Position numbers and translations under genes: made by a program
Virus record (IMG/VR): IMGVR_UViG_2585427716_000002
Span: 32,001-96,000 of that record
Source of the DNA: a virus
Taxonomy: Duplodnaviria; Caudoviricetes
DNA: 64,000 nucleotides
Reading direction: 5' to 3' (one strand)
The notes under the pieces: generated by a model
The model's database searches: none
The model's input: only the letters and a program-made list of their open reading frames with translations
Told to the model about the DNA's origin: nothing
Shown here: in pieces, positions 7,888-18,071 of the stretch
Position numbering within the stretch: position 1 is the first letter of the stretch
Layout: each line of letters begins with the position of its first letter

Positions 7888-10722
7888 TTAAGCAGGACTA
7901 GCCTTTGCCTTCAAATCGAAAGTCCCGCCTTCTTGTACAGTCACATTCGAGCTAAAGCGAACAAAGAACTTTTTAGAATCTCCAATAGGTACCGTCCCGC
8001 TGAAAACGATATCGTTCGTTGGGACAAAGGGGTTATCTGTTAGGCTAAGCTCAACAGTAATACCGTCTTTTACAGACTCGCTATTAACCCAAGTCTTTAG
8101 CTGGACGACTGGAAAATCCGCATTATTCTGCAACCATACAGGGAAAGAACGTGATGTTTCACCGGCCACCAACGTACCATAATCTAGATAACGCAATACA
8201 TTTCCTTTCTCGTCGGTATAATACTTACCGATTTGATTTCGAAATCCCAGTATAGGTAATTCGGGTTCCTTGAATTCTAATAGATTCGGGTCCCCTCCGT
8301 AGTTTTCATCGAAGAAGTAAGTATCCCTAAAGTCCCAGTCAGTTGACTGGTATGTCCCAGGGTGCCTGATCTCAGCTGTGTATTTAGGGGTCATCTCAAA
8401 TTCTTTCAACATGCCGCCACTGGACCGTTGTTGATCGTAATATAACTGCTCTCTAGTCACTTTATATTTGTAAGTGTAGCTGGCATTGGCAGCGTAATAC
8501 ATCGCATTACCTGCTACAGTTTTAGCAAGAACTATTACACGCCTAAACGTAAATGTGGAGTCAGTAACATAGGTATAGGAATAGCCGAACACCCCTCCGC
8601 TTTTAGAACATTGCGTTGCCATGTCCGCTGCTGATATGACATCTTCGATAACGGTACCCGTAGCATAGTTCACATATCTACCTACAATTCCTCCAAAAAC
8701 GCCGCCATATTGAACCCACTGCCCCCTTGCGGAACTTCTGTATATCTTGGCATAGCTGTCCATCTGACCTACAATGCCTCCGGCATAATCAGCGTTCATA
8801 GTCAAGGGTCCATTAAATGTACAATCCCTTACTTCTGCATATGTCTCCAAACTACCTACTAATCCGCCACCGATACCTTTAAAGTCTAACTTAAAGTTTT
8901 GGAATTTAGTGACCTTACAATTTTCAATTCTCCCGTTTCCGGTTTGAGATGAAGAGAGAGATCCAACCACTGCACCCGATGGTCCTCCAGCAGTAATAGT
9001 CACATCCACCAGCTCTAGGTTTTTTATAATCCCTTGATTGACGTACCTAAACAAACCACAGTAACTCTCATCAGGCCTGTTAATATAGAGATTTCCGATA
9101 GACCTCCCATTACCGTCAAAAGTACCGTAGAAGGCTTGATTTGCCCATCCAATCTCTTTGCCTTCGTGACCTATAGGGAGCCACCCTTTCCCAACAGCAG
9201 GATACTCAAGCACCAGGTCTGTCTCTAATCGGAAGTTAGCATACAAGTAATGCCTTACCTGCTCCAGGTCAAACGAATTTTGGATAAGGAATGGTTCTTC
9301 TTTCGTACCCTTACCTTTTGAATATCTAATAAATCGTCTGTTTTCCGGGTATCCGCCATTTACCTTATAGTCACCAAGGTGCCATTCATTCCAAAAATCA
9401 AAACCTTTCCCTTCAAATGTATCCTTTCTTTTCAAATCAGAAGTTTTTCTACCCTGAGCCGCACCAGCTGAGGTTGTAAATCCTGACTTGTCTGTATCGT
9501 AGAAGTTGTCGTCCCCGAGAACCCCTGCTTTATATGACCCTGCAAATCCACCTTTATTTGATAAATTCTGAGCTATAGTCGTGTCAACAACTTTACCGGT
9601 CGAAAAAGACTTATAAATATTTCCATTCTCCAACCTGCCGATAAACCCACCTAGGCTATCTCCGTCAGATTTTACTTGGGCATGTGAGTAGGATCTGTAA
9701 ATATTCCCTGAATTCTTGTAACCAACTAAGCCTCCAGTATACATTCCGTTTTTGCCTTTATTCTCAACCGTACCTGAGATAACTGCACAGTCATACACAT
9801 CTCCGTCACACCGTCCTGCTAATGCACCCACATAATTCCCACTAGCGTTGACGTTTACATTGGTTAGTTTAACTCTTTTAATCACTCCACCCGTTTGGTT
9901 ACCAAACAAACCAACGTTATCCCCTGACGAATTAATGTATAGATCTTTAATTTCAAAACCTCGGCCATCGAAGTATCCTGAAAAATTCTGCACTGGGCTA
10001 AATCCTGAACCTGTTTGGTGAGCGGTCATTATTATATCTCGATCTTGAATAAAATACGCAGTCGGGTAGGTGCTCAGTAGAGAAAGATCACTTTCTGTTG
10101 AAATGGTGTATGGGCTGCTCTGTGTCCCGCCACCGCCGGAGAAGTGATCCACATAGATATAAGTCTTACCTTCCGACTTCAAATAAAATGGCCGTTCTTG
10201 GTCATTTTGTGTTTTAGGCTCAACGAACAATATTTCAGGGTTACCGTTCTTATCGGGGTCCGTAGCAATAAAGACTTTGTCATAGTCATCTTTCGAAAGG
10301 ATGATGACTCCGCTGGTGCTTGACGCCCCATCTACCCAAGTAAATTCACGAGGGTAATGGATTCCCGCTTCCGCCAGCTGGTCTGAGAGGCTGGTTACAC
10401 GCTCCCTACTACGTACCGATATTGGGGATGGGTCATCAGTATCGAGGATAATCTCACTGACCATGTGGGTTTCCTGGAATACATCATAAAGCAATCCTAG
10501 GTCTTCCTGATGGACTACTTCGGATATGTTTTCCCAATTACCGTCCACTAATATCTGTATAGGGTAGTTGTATGTCTTTAGGTGAGTTTTACCATCAATT
10601 ACTTCTATAGTATAGTTGCGGATTTTTTCAGAGTCTTTGACGATACTTCCGTTCAAGTTGTAGTTAACACCGTAAATAATATTAAGTAATTCTTCTTTAG
10701 TTAGTTTTACTGAACTACCCAT
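7888..10722 (-). CDS. GLUG-repeat beta-helix tail/fibre protein with C-terminal Ig-like domain
   Basis: Duplicated GxGTxxxPYxI...F.GxFDGxG..I..LYI and repeated VGGLVG/GGIVG motifs. Confidence 0.7.
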   Translation of the reverse strand: MGSSVKLTKEELLNIIYGVNYNLNGSIVKDSEKIRNYTIEVIDGKTHLKTYNYPIQILVDGNWENISEVVHQEDLGLLYDVFQETHMVSEIILDTDDPSPISVRSRERVTSLSDQLAEAGIHYPREFTWVDGASSTSGVIILSKDDYDKVFIATDPDKNGNPEILFVEPKTQNDQERPFYLKSEGKTYIYVDHFSGGGGTQSSPYTISTESDLSLLSTYPTAYFIQDRDIIMTAHQTGSGFSPVQNFSGYFDGRGFEIKDLYINSSGDNVGLFGNQTGGVIKRVKLTNVNVNASGNYVGALAGRCDGDVYDCAVISGTVENKGKNGMYTGGLVGYKNSGNIYRSYSHAQVKSDGDSLGGFIGRLENGNIYKSFSTGKVVDTTIAQNLSNKGGFAGSYKAGVLGDDNFYDTDKSGFTTSAGAAQGRKTSDLKRKDTFEGKGFDFWNEWHLGDYKVNGGYPENRRFIRYSKGKGTKEEPFLIQNSFDLEQVRHYLYANFRLETDLVLEYPAVGKGWLPIGHEGKEIGWANQAFYGTFDGNGRSIGNLYINRPDESYCGLFRYVNQGIIKNLELVDVTITAGGPSGAVVGSLSSSQTGNGRIENCKVTKFQNFKLDFKGIGGGLVGSLETYAEVRDCTFNGPLTMNADYAGGIVGQMDSYAKIYRSSARGQWVQYGGVFGGIVGRYVNYATGTVIEDVISAADMATQCSKSGGVFGYSYTYVTDSTFTFRRVIVLAKTVAGNAMYYAANASYTYKYKVTREQLYYDQQRSSGGMLKEFEMTPKYTAEIRHPGTYQSTDWDFRDTYFFDENYGGDPNLLEFKEPELPILGFRNQIGKYYTDEKGNVLRYLDYGTLVAGETSRSFPVWLQNNADFPVVQLKTWVNSESVKDGITVELSLTDNPFVPTNDIVFSGTVPIGDSKKFFVRFSSNVTVQEGGTFDLKAKASPA

Positions 10723-11378
10723 TTAAGTTCACCCCCGACATTTGGTTTTAAAGGTGCCTGTGTCTCTAGAAGTTCCCTGCCATTGCTGACGATAATAAAT
10801 TTACCGTCCATCTCCTTGTCAGCTACAAGCCAAAAAGTAATGTAGGCTGGCTCATTTAAAGGCAGGTGTACAATAGCTTTAAAATGGAAGGAGACACCGT
10901 CAATATTTAAGTTGGTCTTAAAACCTACATTGTACTGTAGAATACGGTTAGAAAAAGTACCTTGTCCTTTAAAACCCGAAGTTAGCCCCGACGCCTGAGC
11001 GTCCTTATAAGTTATGATATCGTCAATATCGTATTTAAAATCTCCGTTCAAGGGCAGCCTTTTGCCGTTCACTTCATAAGACACGTGAATACGACGACCA
11101 GCTACATTTAGAACCCCATCTCGTTCAAAGTAGATTTTCTGACCATGCCCTACGAGTCCAAAGCGAAAGAGCCTGTCTCTGTCGATCTCATAAAAACTAT
11201 TTTCTTCCTTAGTAGCGAAGTCAAATTCAGATAGGTGAGTACCGTCAGGGTACTCAGCCATCCAAATAAAGTCCTGTGCCACTGGAGATTTTGAATATAG
11301 TTCACTCTGCATAAACATTTTATCTCCCCTTACCTCATTGCATTGAAGTCTGATCTTAAACGTACTGGTAAGCCACAC
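10707..11378 (-). CDS. Hypothetical virion-module protein
   Basis: Long ORF in the operon; true start is probably MFMQSE after an SD. Confidence 0.6.
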   Translation of the reverse strand: MWLTSTFKIRLQCNEVRGDKMFMQSELYSKSPVAQDFIWMAEYPDGTHLSEFDFATKEENSFYEIDRDRLFRFGLVGHGQKIYFERDGVLNVAGRRIHVSYEVNGKRLPLNGDFKYDIDDIITYKDAQASGLTSGFKGQGTFSNRILQYNVGFKTNLNIDGVSFHFKAIVHLPLNEPAYITFWLVADKEMDGKFIIVSNGRELLETQAPLKPNVGGELKWVVQ

Positions 11379-11847
11379 GTGTTAAGAAGGCTACGTTTCC
11401 TGCTGTTGCGTTACCCGGAACATCTGCACGTAAAATAACCTCTGCATAGTTACCTTTCGCACTTTCCTTGTTTCCATTATTTTTCACTCCCAAAATCTCG
11501 TTAGCATTTGGGGAAAATGTCCCGTCTTCGTTTGTGGTATTTCCGCTTGCTTGGATTGGGTGTGTTGTAAGGCCACCAATGTTTGTACGGCCTGTCTCTC
11601 CCGCAGAAACTACAGTTACCTGAACCCACTGGTTAGTTACAAGTTCTCCTGTATTACCTCCAGCACTATCCTTGGTAGTAATAGTACAATTAGTCATCGT
11701 AGAGAGGTCTGTCGTGCCGCCAAAGTTGTTCCAGATTAAAACTCCAAAATCTGATGAGGGTGTTCCTGCGTCTATCGTTCCAATATTCCAAGAACTTACT
11801 GCTCCTGAGTTATCTTGTTTTCGCCAATTGACCTGCGGTGCTGCCAT
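11356..11847 (-). CDS. Small Ig-like structural (fibre subunit) protein
   Basis: SD GGAGG; G/N/T-rich beta composition; motif IGTIDAG shared with neighbouring proteins. Confidence 0.6.
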   Translation of the reverse strand: MAAPQVNWRKQDNSGAVSSWNIGTIDAGTPSSDFGVLIWNNFGGTTDLSTMTNCTITTKDSAGGNTGELVTNQWVQVTVVSAGETGRTNIGGLTTHPIQASGNTTNEDGTFSPNANEILGVKNNGNKESAKGNYAEVILRADVPGNATAGNVAFLTRVAYQYV

Positions 11848-11924
11848 AAATAATTACCTCCTAAATTAAAATATAGTGTCTACAGCCTAATGATCGCTGC
11901 ACACACCTCTATAGTTGCGGATCG

Positions 11925-12404
11925 CTATTCTTCCTCCACGTCTAATTCAACAACTAACTCAACCGTTATATCCCTTACACCTTCTCCCGCTTCAATGACA
12001 TTAACCCTAAAATGGTCATCTTCATTCACAGTTTCGAGAGAGGGTTTAAAAGAGTAAGGTTCTGTAGAAGTCCTATTTGATTTGTTTTTAGCGTCAATAG
12101 TGATCTTGTTTTGAAATACACTCTCCCATCTAGGGACGGTATCATAAGCCACTTGATCACATTTCTCGATATCGATTGTGGTAGTCGTAGCTCCTGAGGT
12201 TCCACACGAGGCGTAGGAGTTTACTAGCTTCCCCCTATAAGGAAAACGGACTTCTGTCTGAACAGGTCCCGCTTTCACAAGGGAAGGGATAATAAAAACC
12301 ATTACTTTTTTTGATACTTTGCTGATTCTTCTTGAGTTGAGTTGTGCCCTGTTATACCCCATGTAATCCATTAGTTCATCCCCTTTCGGATGGGTTATGC
12401 ACAT
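11925..12404 (-). CDS. Hypothetical structural protein
   Basis: ORF downstream of a phage promoter; probable start MDYMG. Confidence 0.6.
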   Translation of the reverse strand: MCITHPKGDELMDYMGYNRAQLNSRRISKVSKKVMVFIIPSLVKAGPVQTEVRFPYRGKLVNSYASCGTSGATTTTIDIEKCDQVAYDTVPRWESVFQNKITIDAKNKSNRTSTEPYSFKPSLETVNEDDHFRVNVIEAGEGVRDITVELVVELDVEEE

Positions 12405-12431
12405 TATAAGAACGAAACTGACAACATTAAC
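12403..12431 (-). promoter_or_regulatory. Phage-type promoter GTTA-N17-CTTATAAT
   Basis: One of ten copies of the same motif (see findings). Confidence 0.65.
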
Positions 12432-12440
12432 CCTTAACAG

Positions 12441-12465
12441 AAAACCCTCCTAAGAAGGAGGGCTT
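12441..12465 (-). terminator. Intrinsic terminator
   Basis: CCCTCC/GGAGGG stem with a T-run on the minus strand. Confidence 0.65.
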
Positions 12466-12484
12466 AAATTACTTTATTTCGTTT

Positions 12485-13216
12485 CTAAGTGTCTACTCTG
12501 ACCGATGTACGTAATAACCTCCTTGTGGCTGGATCATATGAATATCCTTTAGTTACCTTGTTTAGAAGGCTTCCTGAGCTATCGGTGTAGTATATGGTTT
12601 CGGTCTTCATCTCACCTTTTATGTGTGGGTCTTCATCTTCGTAGTAAGTAAATTCCCGGACAAGGGAGTAGTCACCGGTAATTATTTCACGTGTGATCTG
12701 ATCTCTTGAATTGTGCTCATAGGCTATGTCTACCTCGGCAGTTCCTCCGTACACGACCTCTAGTTGTCTCTGTATCTCATCTAACCGTTCATCAAGAGTT
12801 CTAGACGGTTCATCTCCATCCTTAAATCTACGAGCGTCTGTTATTTCCTTCTTTAACTCGTAGAATTCGGTGCCGCTGACTGTTGCCTGTCCTCTGCTAC
12901 AATATTGGTTTTTATACACCTCTATATATATCTGATCGCCTATTTTGAGGTTGAGCGGGTTCCCACTTTCATCAACATCTAGCAATAACCGGATATGTTG
13001 ATCATCAACTTCATTGTAGGAAATACCTTCATTTAACCGTCTCCCGTTTAGGTACACTTTTAGAAGTCCCTTATTTATCTCATAAGTGTGCCCTGTAGGT
13101 ATGGTGGGATTAACTTTTCCGTAAGTATCAAGGAAATTCTGATCCACAAATAGAAGTGTTTCCTCCCAGTCTTTCGTTACAGGGCTGTACCTGTGTAATG
13201 TCATTTTGGTACCCAT
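12485..13216 (-). CDS. Hypothetical tail protein
   Basis: LKVYLNGRRL...Y phage tail-type motif; in the operon. Confidence 0.6.
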   Translation of the reverse strand: MGTKMTLHRYSPVTKDWEETLLFVDQNFLDTYGKVNPTIPTGHTYEINKGLLKVYLNGRRLNEGISYNEVDDQHIRLLLDVDESGNPLNLKIGDQIYIEVYKNQYCSRGQATVSGTEFYELKKEITDARRFKDGDEPSRTLDERLDEIQRQLEVVYGGTAEVDIAYEHNSRDQITREIITGDYSLVREFTYYEDEDPHIKGEMKTETIYYTDSSGSLLNKVTKGYSYDPATRRLLRTSVRVDT

Positions 13217-13227
13217 ATCCTCTCCCC

Positions 13228-14352
13228 CTAATCGTTATTGATTTCTAAGAAGAAGTGCGTCGGGCGCATACTCTGTTTTATATCCTCATCGACCGCTGCC
13301 GTTGATTTAGCTACTCTCACCCAAAAATCTTTTGATTCTCCGGCCGCTAGTGTACCTACTGTAAGAGAAGAGTCCTCATAAGTCCCCGGAGTACCGGAGT
13401 TATCCGGTGCAAGGTCACACCACTCCCAACCAAACTCTTCTCCATAAGCTGCTATACTTATCCGTACATTTTCTGCAATATTTCCAGTGGTATCATTAAT
13501 GATCGTCATCTTTTGCTCATTAATTTCGTTTTTAAGCGGGCCTATGTTAGTCGGGTTAATCTCACTTAGGTCATGTCCCTTCCAAGAAACTTTTAGGTCT
13601 GTACCTCTAAGGAATACGTCTCCCCCGTACATTTCCGCTACTTCTGCCTGTTCGTCAACCAATACATAATTTCCGTTTCCGTCTTTGTCATAGATGTTGA
13701 TTTTCCCTTTAAAGGGTACGCTAGGCAATTCAATATCTATTCCTGAATACCCCTGCGGAACAATCTGCTTACTTACTGGACTCATTGAATCAGCGTCAAG
13801 CAACTCCACCTTACACATACTACTAACGTTTCCTATGCTAATGTGAGTACCCCTACATAAAATGACCCTATCAATGGAGAGGGGAGTATATCCAGTTCTT
13901 GGGGTGCCTTTCAACACTACCCCTGCCATAGATGGGTCAATACAAATTGTCGAGTCGAAGAGTTCCCATGCTTTATTCTTCTCTGCGAAAAACGTCCAGA
14001 GGTTCTGCCTCTTTACGGCACGCCAAATGTTGTAGGCTCCCGACTGGACGCTATCCTCACTCTCTAAGAACTCCACTTTTTCAAGAGCATTTTTCCAAAT
14101 GACTAATCCTCCCTCATCTCCCAAATATTGAGGATTATAGTTCGCATGGACCTGGATTAGAAGTTCAGACTCGTTTTGAGGTAAAGAGAATAAAGCATTG
14201 GTACTTCTGTCGGTAGGGTTGTGGTTTAGAGTTAACCGTTTATCCACTTCACTGTAATCATAGGAGTCAGAGGGGGACACAATCCAACGTGTGTCAAGTG
14301 TTTCAAAATTGTCGTCGAAAATAAGCCCACTCTGTACTCTATGGATACTCAA
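13228..14352 (-). CDS. Tail-associated beta-sandwich protein
   Basis: Beta-sandwich N-terminus; C-terminal VGTLAAGESKDFWVRV Ig-like motif. Confidence 0.6.
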   Translation of the reverse strand: MSIHRVQSGLIFDDNFETLDTRWIVSPSDSYDYSEVDKRLTLNHNPTDRSTNALFSLPQNESELLIQVHANYNPQYLGDEGGLVIWKNALEKVEFLESEDSVQSGAYNIWRAVKRQNLWTFFAEKNKAWELFDSTICIDPSMAGVVLKGTPRTGYTPLSIDRVILCRGTHISIGNVSSMCKVELLDADSMSPVSKQIVPQGYSGIDIELPSVPFKGKINIYDKDGNGNYVLVDEQAEVAEMYGGDVFLRGTDLKVSWKGHDLSEINPTNIGPLKNEINEQKMTIINDTTGNIAENVRISIAAYGEEFGWEWCDLAPDNSGTPGTYEDSSLTVGTLAAGESKDFWVRVAKSTAAVDEDIKQSMRPTHFFLEINND

Positions 14353-14364
14353 TTCAAATTCCTC

Positions 14365-17300
14365 CTATCTAGTTTTCTTGTTGTCCCAATTATTCCACGC
14401 TGGGTAGTTCTTACCCATTAGCAGCCAAACCTTACCTTTTTTATTCAAGTCAGTTCCAGGATCTTTCCAAGGCGGTTCAGGAGGTAATAACCCAATACCT
14501 AAATCATCATCAATTTCTTCTACTGAATACTCCCTATTTGGTTTTTCTGAGAAAGTTTCTCTAGTTAACTCTAGGATAGCTAGACGGTCTTTTTGACCTT
14601 CATCCTCACCAGAGACAGAAATTAAGAATGATTTGGCTTTGTCTGTTACTTCGTCAACATTTATATGGATTTCCCCTGCGGATTCTCGTTTACTGTTTTC
14701 TTCATCCTCAATTGTAATACGGTATGATGAAGAACTATTTGCTGTGCTCTCCGTATCCATAGACATTATAGACGACCTACTCTTATCCGCTTCGTCATCT
14801 TCGTAAAGCTCTAAGATTCGTTCAGAGTTTTTCTCAGACTCTTCCTCTTCTGTAATACTTATTAACCGGCGGCTACCTTTTTCGACGATCTCATCTTTAT
14901 TTAATACACCATCATCAAATGTCTCAGACGATGTAAACAGAGAATGTTCTTCAACAAACGAGTCTAATTCCATACTAGGGTTAGCGTTATCTTGTACGAC
15001 TAGAGTTACTTCTGACTCTTTCTTTGAAACTGATAAACTAAAGTCTACCACTTCAATTTCCTCGTCTTTTGTTGTACCCGATCTATCAGTCCCTTCGACT
15101 ACAAGGTCTACTTTTTCACTCCCTCGTGTCCATCTGTCTTCTAATTCTAATGTAATGTCAGATGTGGATTCAGTTTTACCGTGATTAGGATTCATTATCA
15201 CAAAATCTAAATCCTTTTTAGTCTGACCTAGAGTGCCAAAGTCAAGGGTGAAGTCTTCTGTCCCCTCTAACTTGGATAACGTTAAGTGGTATTGATTGTA
15301 GAGGTCTACAACACCTTTCTTACCCTCTGCTTTTTTGTAGCTGTCTAAGGTGATGTCCGTGCAGTCTTGTATTGAAACAGCCTCCGGGGTAGGATCTAAT
15401 AAAGTTTCCTCGATTTCGTCTAAATAGCCGCTATCCAGCTCTTCATTGAAGACGTCTAAACTGCTTGCATGAGGGGCTCCAGTTTCATCCTTCTCCATGC
15501 TCGAAACTAAAGTTAGTTGGTTCACGGTACTTACATCGACTCCATCCACCTGCACATCTCCACCTGGTTTGGATGGTTCAGCTTCAACGGAAGATCTTAC
15601 TATCGTTTCCTTTGTCGTGCTTTGTTTTGAACCTCTCCCTGAACCCTCAATCACGGTAATGAGTACACTTTCTCCAGGGGACGGTATATCTTGAGACTCA
15701 GCAGCTACCTCAAATTCCGTGTAGCCCAGTATTGCATTTTTGGCGTTTTCAACAAGAACATCGCTACCACCCTTAGTTTCCGCTAAAAGTTGTCTACCTA
15801 TTTGTGCTTCATCTGAGTATCTTTTTAAGTAAAGTTGATCTTGACTCTCAAGCTCAACCCAAAAATCGGACAGTCGGTTATTGAGAGAATCTACCTCAAA
15901 CAGCGAAGTATCAAGTACATTGTTCGAGACTAAACTCACCTCTATATCGGTGGTGAAGGTATCCTGAGAGTCTTCAACGGCATACGCAGAGGTTTGCGAG
16001 AACAGAGGTGCTTCCGACATGGTCTCCGATTCTTCACTTTTTTCTCTATGTTGAATAACAACGTCGACAGATGATTCTCTCTTATTATGTGTACTCCACC
16101 CATTCAGCTCACTTTCGAGGTACTGTTCGTCTACTACAGATGACAAACCCGACTCAATTTCTATCCCACAATAACTATCAGCAGCATAGCTGGAGTTAAG
16201 CTCTAATGTCCCCCAATCAAACACCCTTGTTTGAGGAAAGGCCTTTTCCTCTGCGGTTACTTCACTTGCGTGTTCTTCAACCGTATATTCCACTAACGAA
16301 CCGTATTCAATTTTACTTTCCTTTTCTAAAGCTCCATTAAAATTCTCACCTTGGTCGATAAGAACTTCGTTTTCCCTACTTGCCGCTTCCCCTATAATCC
16401 CTGACTCAAGTGACCCATCACCAGAATAGTTTTGACTCATGCGCTCAGAGGATTCAATCGTTACATCAAACGGGTTTGTTGAGTCTCCTGCCTCTCTGGT
16501 ATACAGCTCCACATCTTGAAAATTATCCGTAAGCTCTGTATATTCTGCTTCTAAGACTACTCCGGTCGTTACTTTATTTTCTCCTCTACTTCCAGTGAGA
16601 ATCTCACCTTTATTGGCATGGTTTCCACTCATCGAATAAGCGCCTTCTATTGAACCCGCCCTTTTAGGTTGGATTTTATCTAATGCCCCACCACTACCCA
16701 ATGAGATGTTTTTATATTCAAAGCTCTTCGATATGTTCGAGCTATTGGACTGCTGTATAGGAGCCGAAGAGTTCTCCAACTTTGTCGACCTTTGCTCACT
16801 CCACAAAACCTGAGTTGTCGCTTGTGACTCACTCAAGTCTTTTGGTTGACCTGTGTAGTTGACTACATTAACATCTAAATCCTCAGTGTAAAGCCTCTGA
16901 CTTTGCTTCACTAAACTTGATTGTTGTTGCTCTGATTCTCCCAAACCATAGGTCATTCCTATTGGCGTGGTGAATGTTTCATTGAATCTCGCAACTTTAA
17001 CAAGGTCGGAGAAAGAACTTTTATCCTCAAAGGCCAATAGGGGTGAAATCCTTGAATTAACCACTTCACTCACACTACTTGGAATTATAGGCATGGCCTT
17101 GGCCCCTCCCTTTAACTCCTGTATCTCCGATTGATAGAGAATCCCCCTTGAGTCGGCCATATTCAGATCAATTATTTCAGATTTCTCAACCCCCTTTGCA
17201 GTCTCCGTCTTTATGGTATTAAATCTTGCCCCAGCATTGTAACTGGCCTCTAGGTTACTACTGTATAACCGGTGAGTAATCGCCTCCATTCTAGCAACGA

Positions 17301-18033
17301 CAAGTACAGTTTTTTCTGTATCTGCCTGAACTTCACCAACCCTTACCACAAGTAGATCGTTTACTTCTTGGGGCTTATCTCCAGTAAACACTGATACTCC
17401 AGTGTCAGGTGACTGATCAATGCCGTAAAAGGGCATTGGACTGAACCCCTTCAAATCCGACGGTAATCTTGCTTCCAAGTTAAATTTAAGATAGTCAAGT
17501 ATATCCTGTTCAATTATCTGACCGTTACCTTGTTTAACACCTTCCGTCTGTAGGCCCATTAAGGAAGTTTGTTTTATGTTCTTCGCAGCTGCCTGGTCTG
17601 CGAGTAATGCATATTTCTCATTAAGAGGATGGCTGACCTCCTGCTTAAATAAAGAACCTTCGTGGGAGGTTTTGGCTCCCTTTTCGATTTCACTGTCGGT
17701 ATCTGCTATAGAGTATGCGTTCCCAAGTTTCAGTATTGCAGGCTGAGACCCTTCAATTACACTTTCCGTTTCAACGCTAACTGCGGATTCAATATTTACC
17801 TTTCGTTTCACTTTAGTACCTAGCTTGATGTCCCTCGCCACCCAAGCGCTATACCTATTCCAAGGTTCGAAAGATACAGGTACTTGGTTAGTATTGGGGA
17901 TGTTTTCGTGGCGGTTAAACATCAGTACATAACCCTTTTTAGTATAAAAAAGGGCAGTGAAACTGAGTAAATAGCGCTTGCTTTTACTCATTGTCCACCA
18001 CCCACCTTTCCAAAGAATATCCCTTGCCTCCAC
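14365..18033 (-). CDS. Very long acidic, low-complexity virion-module protein (probable start 17991)
   Basis: About 1200-aa E/S/D-rich ORF with a Trp-containing C-terminal tip. Confidence 0.7.
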   Translation of the reverse strand: MEARDILWKGGWWTMSKSKRYLLSFTALFYTKKGYVLMFNRHENIPNTNQVPVSFEPWNRYSAWVARDIKLGTKVKRKVNIESAVSVETESVIEGSQPAILKLGNAYSIADTDSEIEKGAKTSHEGSLFKQEVSHPLNEKYALLADQAAAKNIKQTSLMGLQTEGVKQGNGQIIEQDILDYLKFNLEARLPSDLKGFSPMPFYGIDQSPDTGVSVFTGDKPQEVNDLLVVRVGEVQADTEKTVLVVARMEAITHRLYSSNLEASYNAGARFNTIKTETAKGVEKSEIIDLNMADSRGILYQSEIQELKGGAKAMPIIPSSVSEVVNSRISPLLAFEDKSSFSDLVKVARFNETFTTPIGMTYGLGESEQQQSSLVKQSQRLYTEDLDVNVVNYTGQPKDLSESQATTQVLWSEQRSTKLENSSAPIQQSNSSNISKSFEYKNISLGSGGALDKIQPKRAGSIEGAYSMSGNHANKGEILTGSRGENKVTTGVVLEAEYTELTDNFQDVELYTREAGDSTNPFDVTIESSERMSQNYSGDGSLESGIIGEAASRENEVLIDQGENFNGALEKESKIEYGSLVEYTVEEHASEVTAEEKAFPQTRVFDWGTLELNSSYAADSYCGIEIESGLSSVVDEQYLESELNGWSTHNKRESSVDVVIQHREKSEESETMSEAPLFSQTSAYAVEDSQDTFTTDIEVSLVSNNVLDTSLFEVDSLNNRLSDFWVELESQDQLYLKRYSDEAQIGRQLLAETKGGSDVLVENAKNAILGYTEFEVAAESQDIPSPGESVLITVIEGSGRGSKQSTTKETIVRSSVEAEPSKPGGDVQVDGVDVSTVNQLTLVSSMEKDETGAPHASSLDVFNEELDSGYLDEIEETLLDPTPEAVSIQDCTDITLDSYKKAEGKKGVVDLYNQYHLTLSKLEGTEDFTLDFGTLGQTKKDLDFVIMNPNHGKTESTSDITLELEDRWTRGSEKVDLVVEGTDRSGTTKDEEIEVVDFSLSVSKKESEVTLVVQDNANPSMELDSFVEEHSLFTSSETFDDGVLNKDEIVEKGSRRLISITEEEESEKNSERILELYEDDEADKSRSSIMSMDTESTANSSSSYRITIEDEENSKRESAGEIHINVDEVTDKAKSFLISVSGEDEGQKDRLAILELTRETFSEKPNREYSVEEIDDDLGIGLLPPEPPWKDPGTDLNKKGKVWLLMGKNYPAWNNWDNKKTR

Positions 18034-18071
18034 ACTAGTGGTCGAAGCAAACGTTTATTCTGTTGAGGTTA

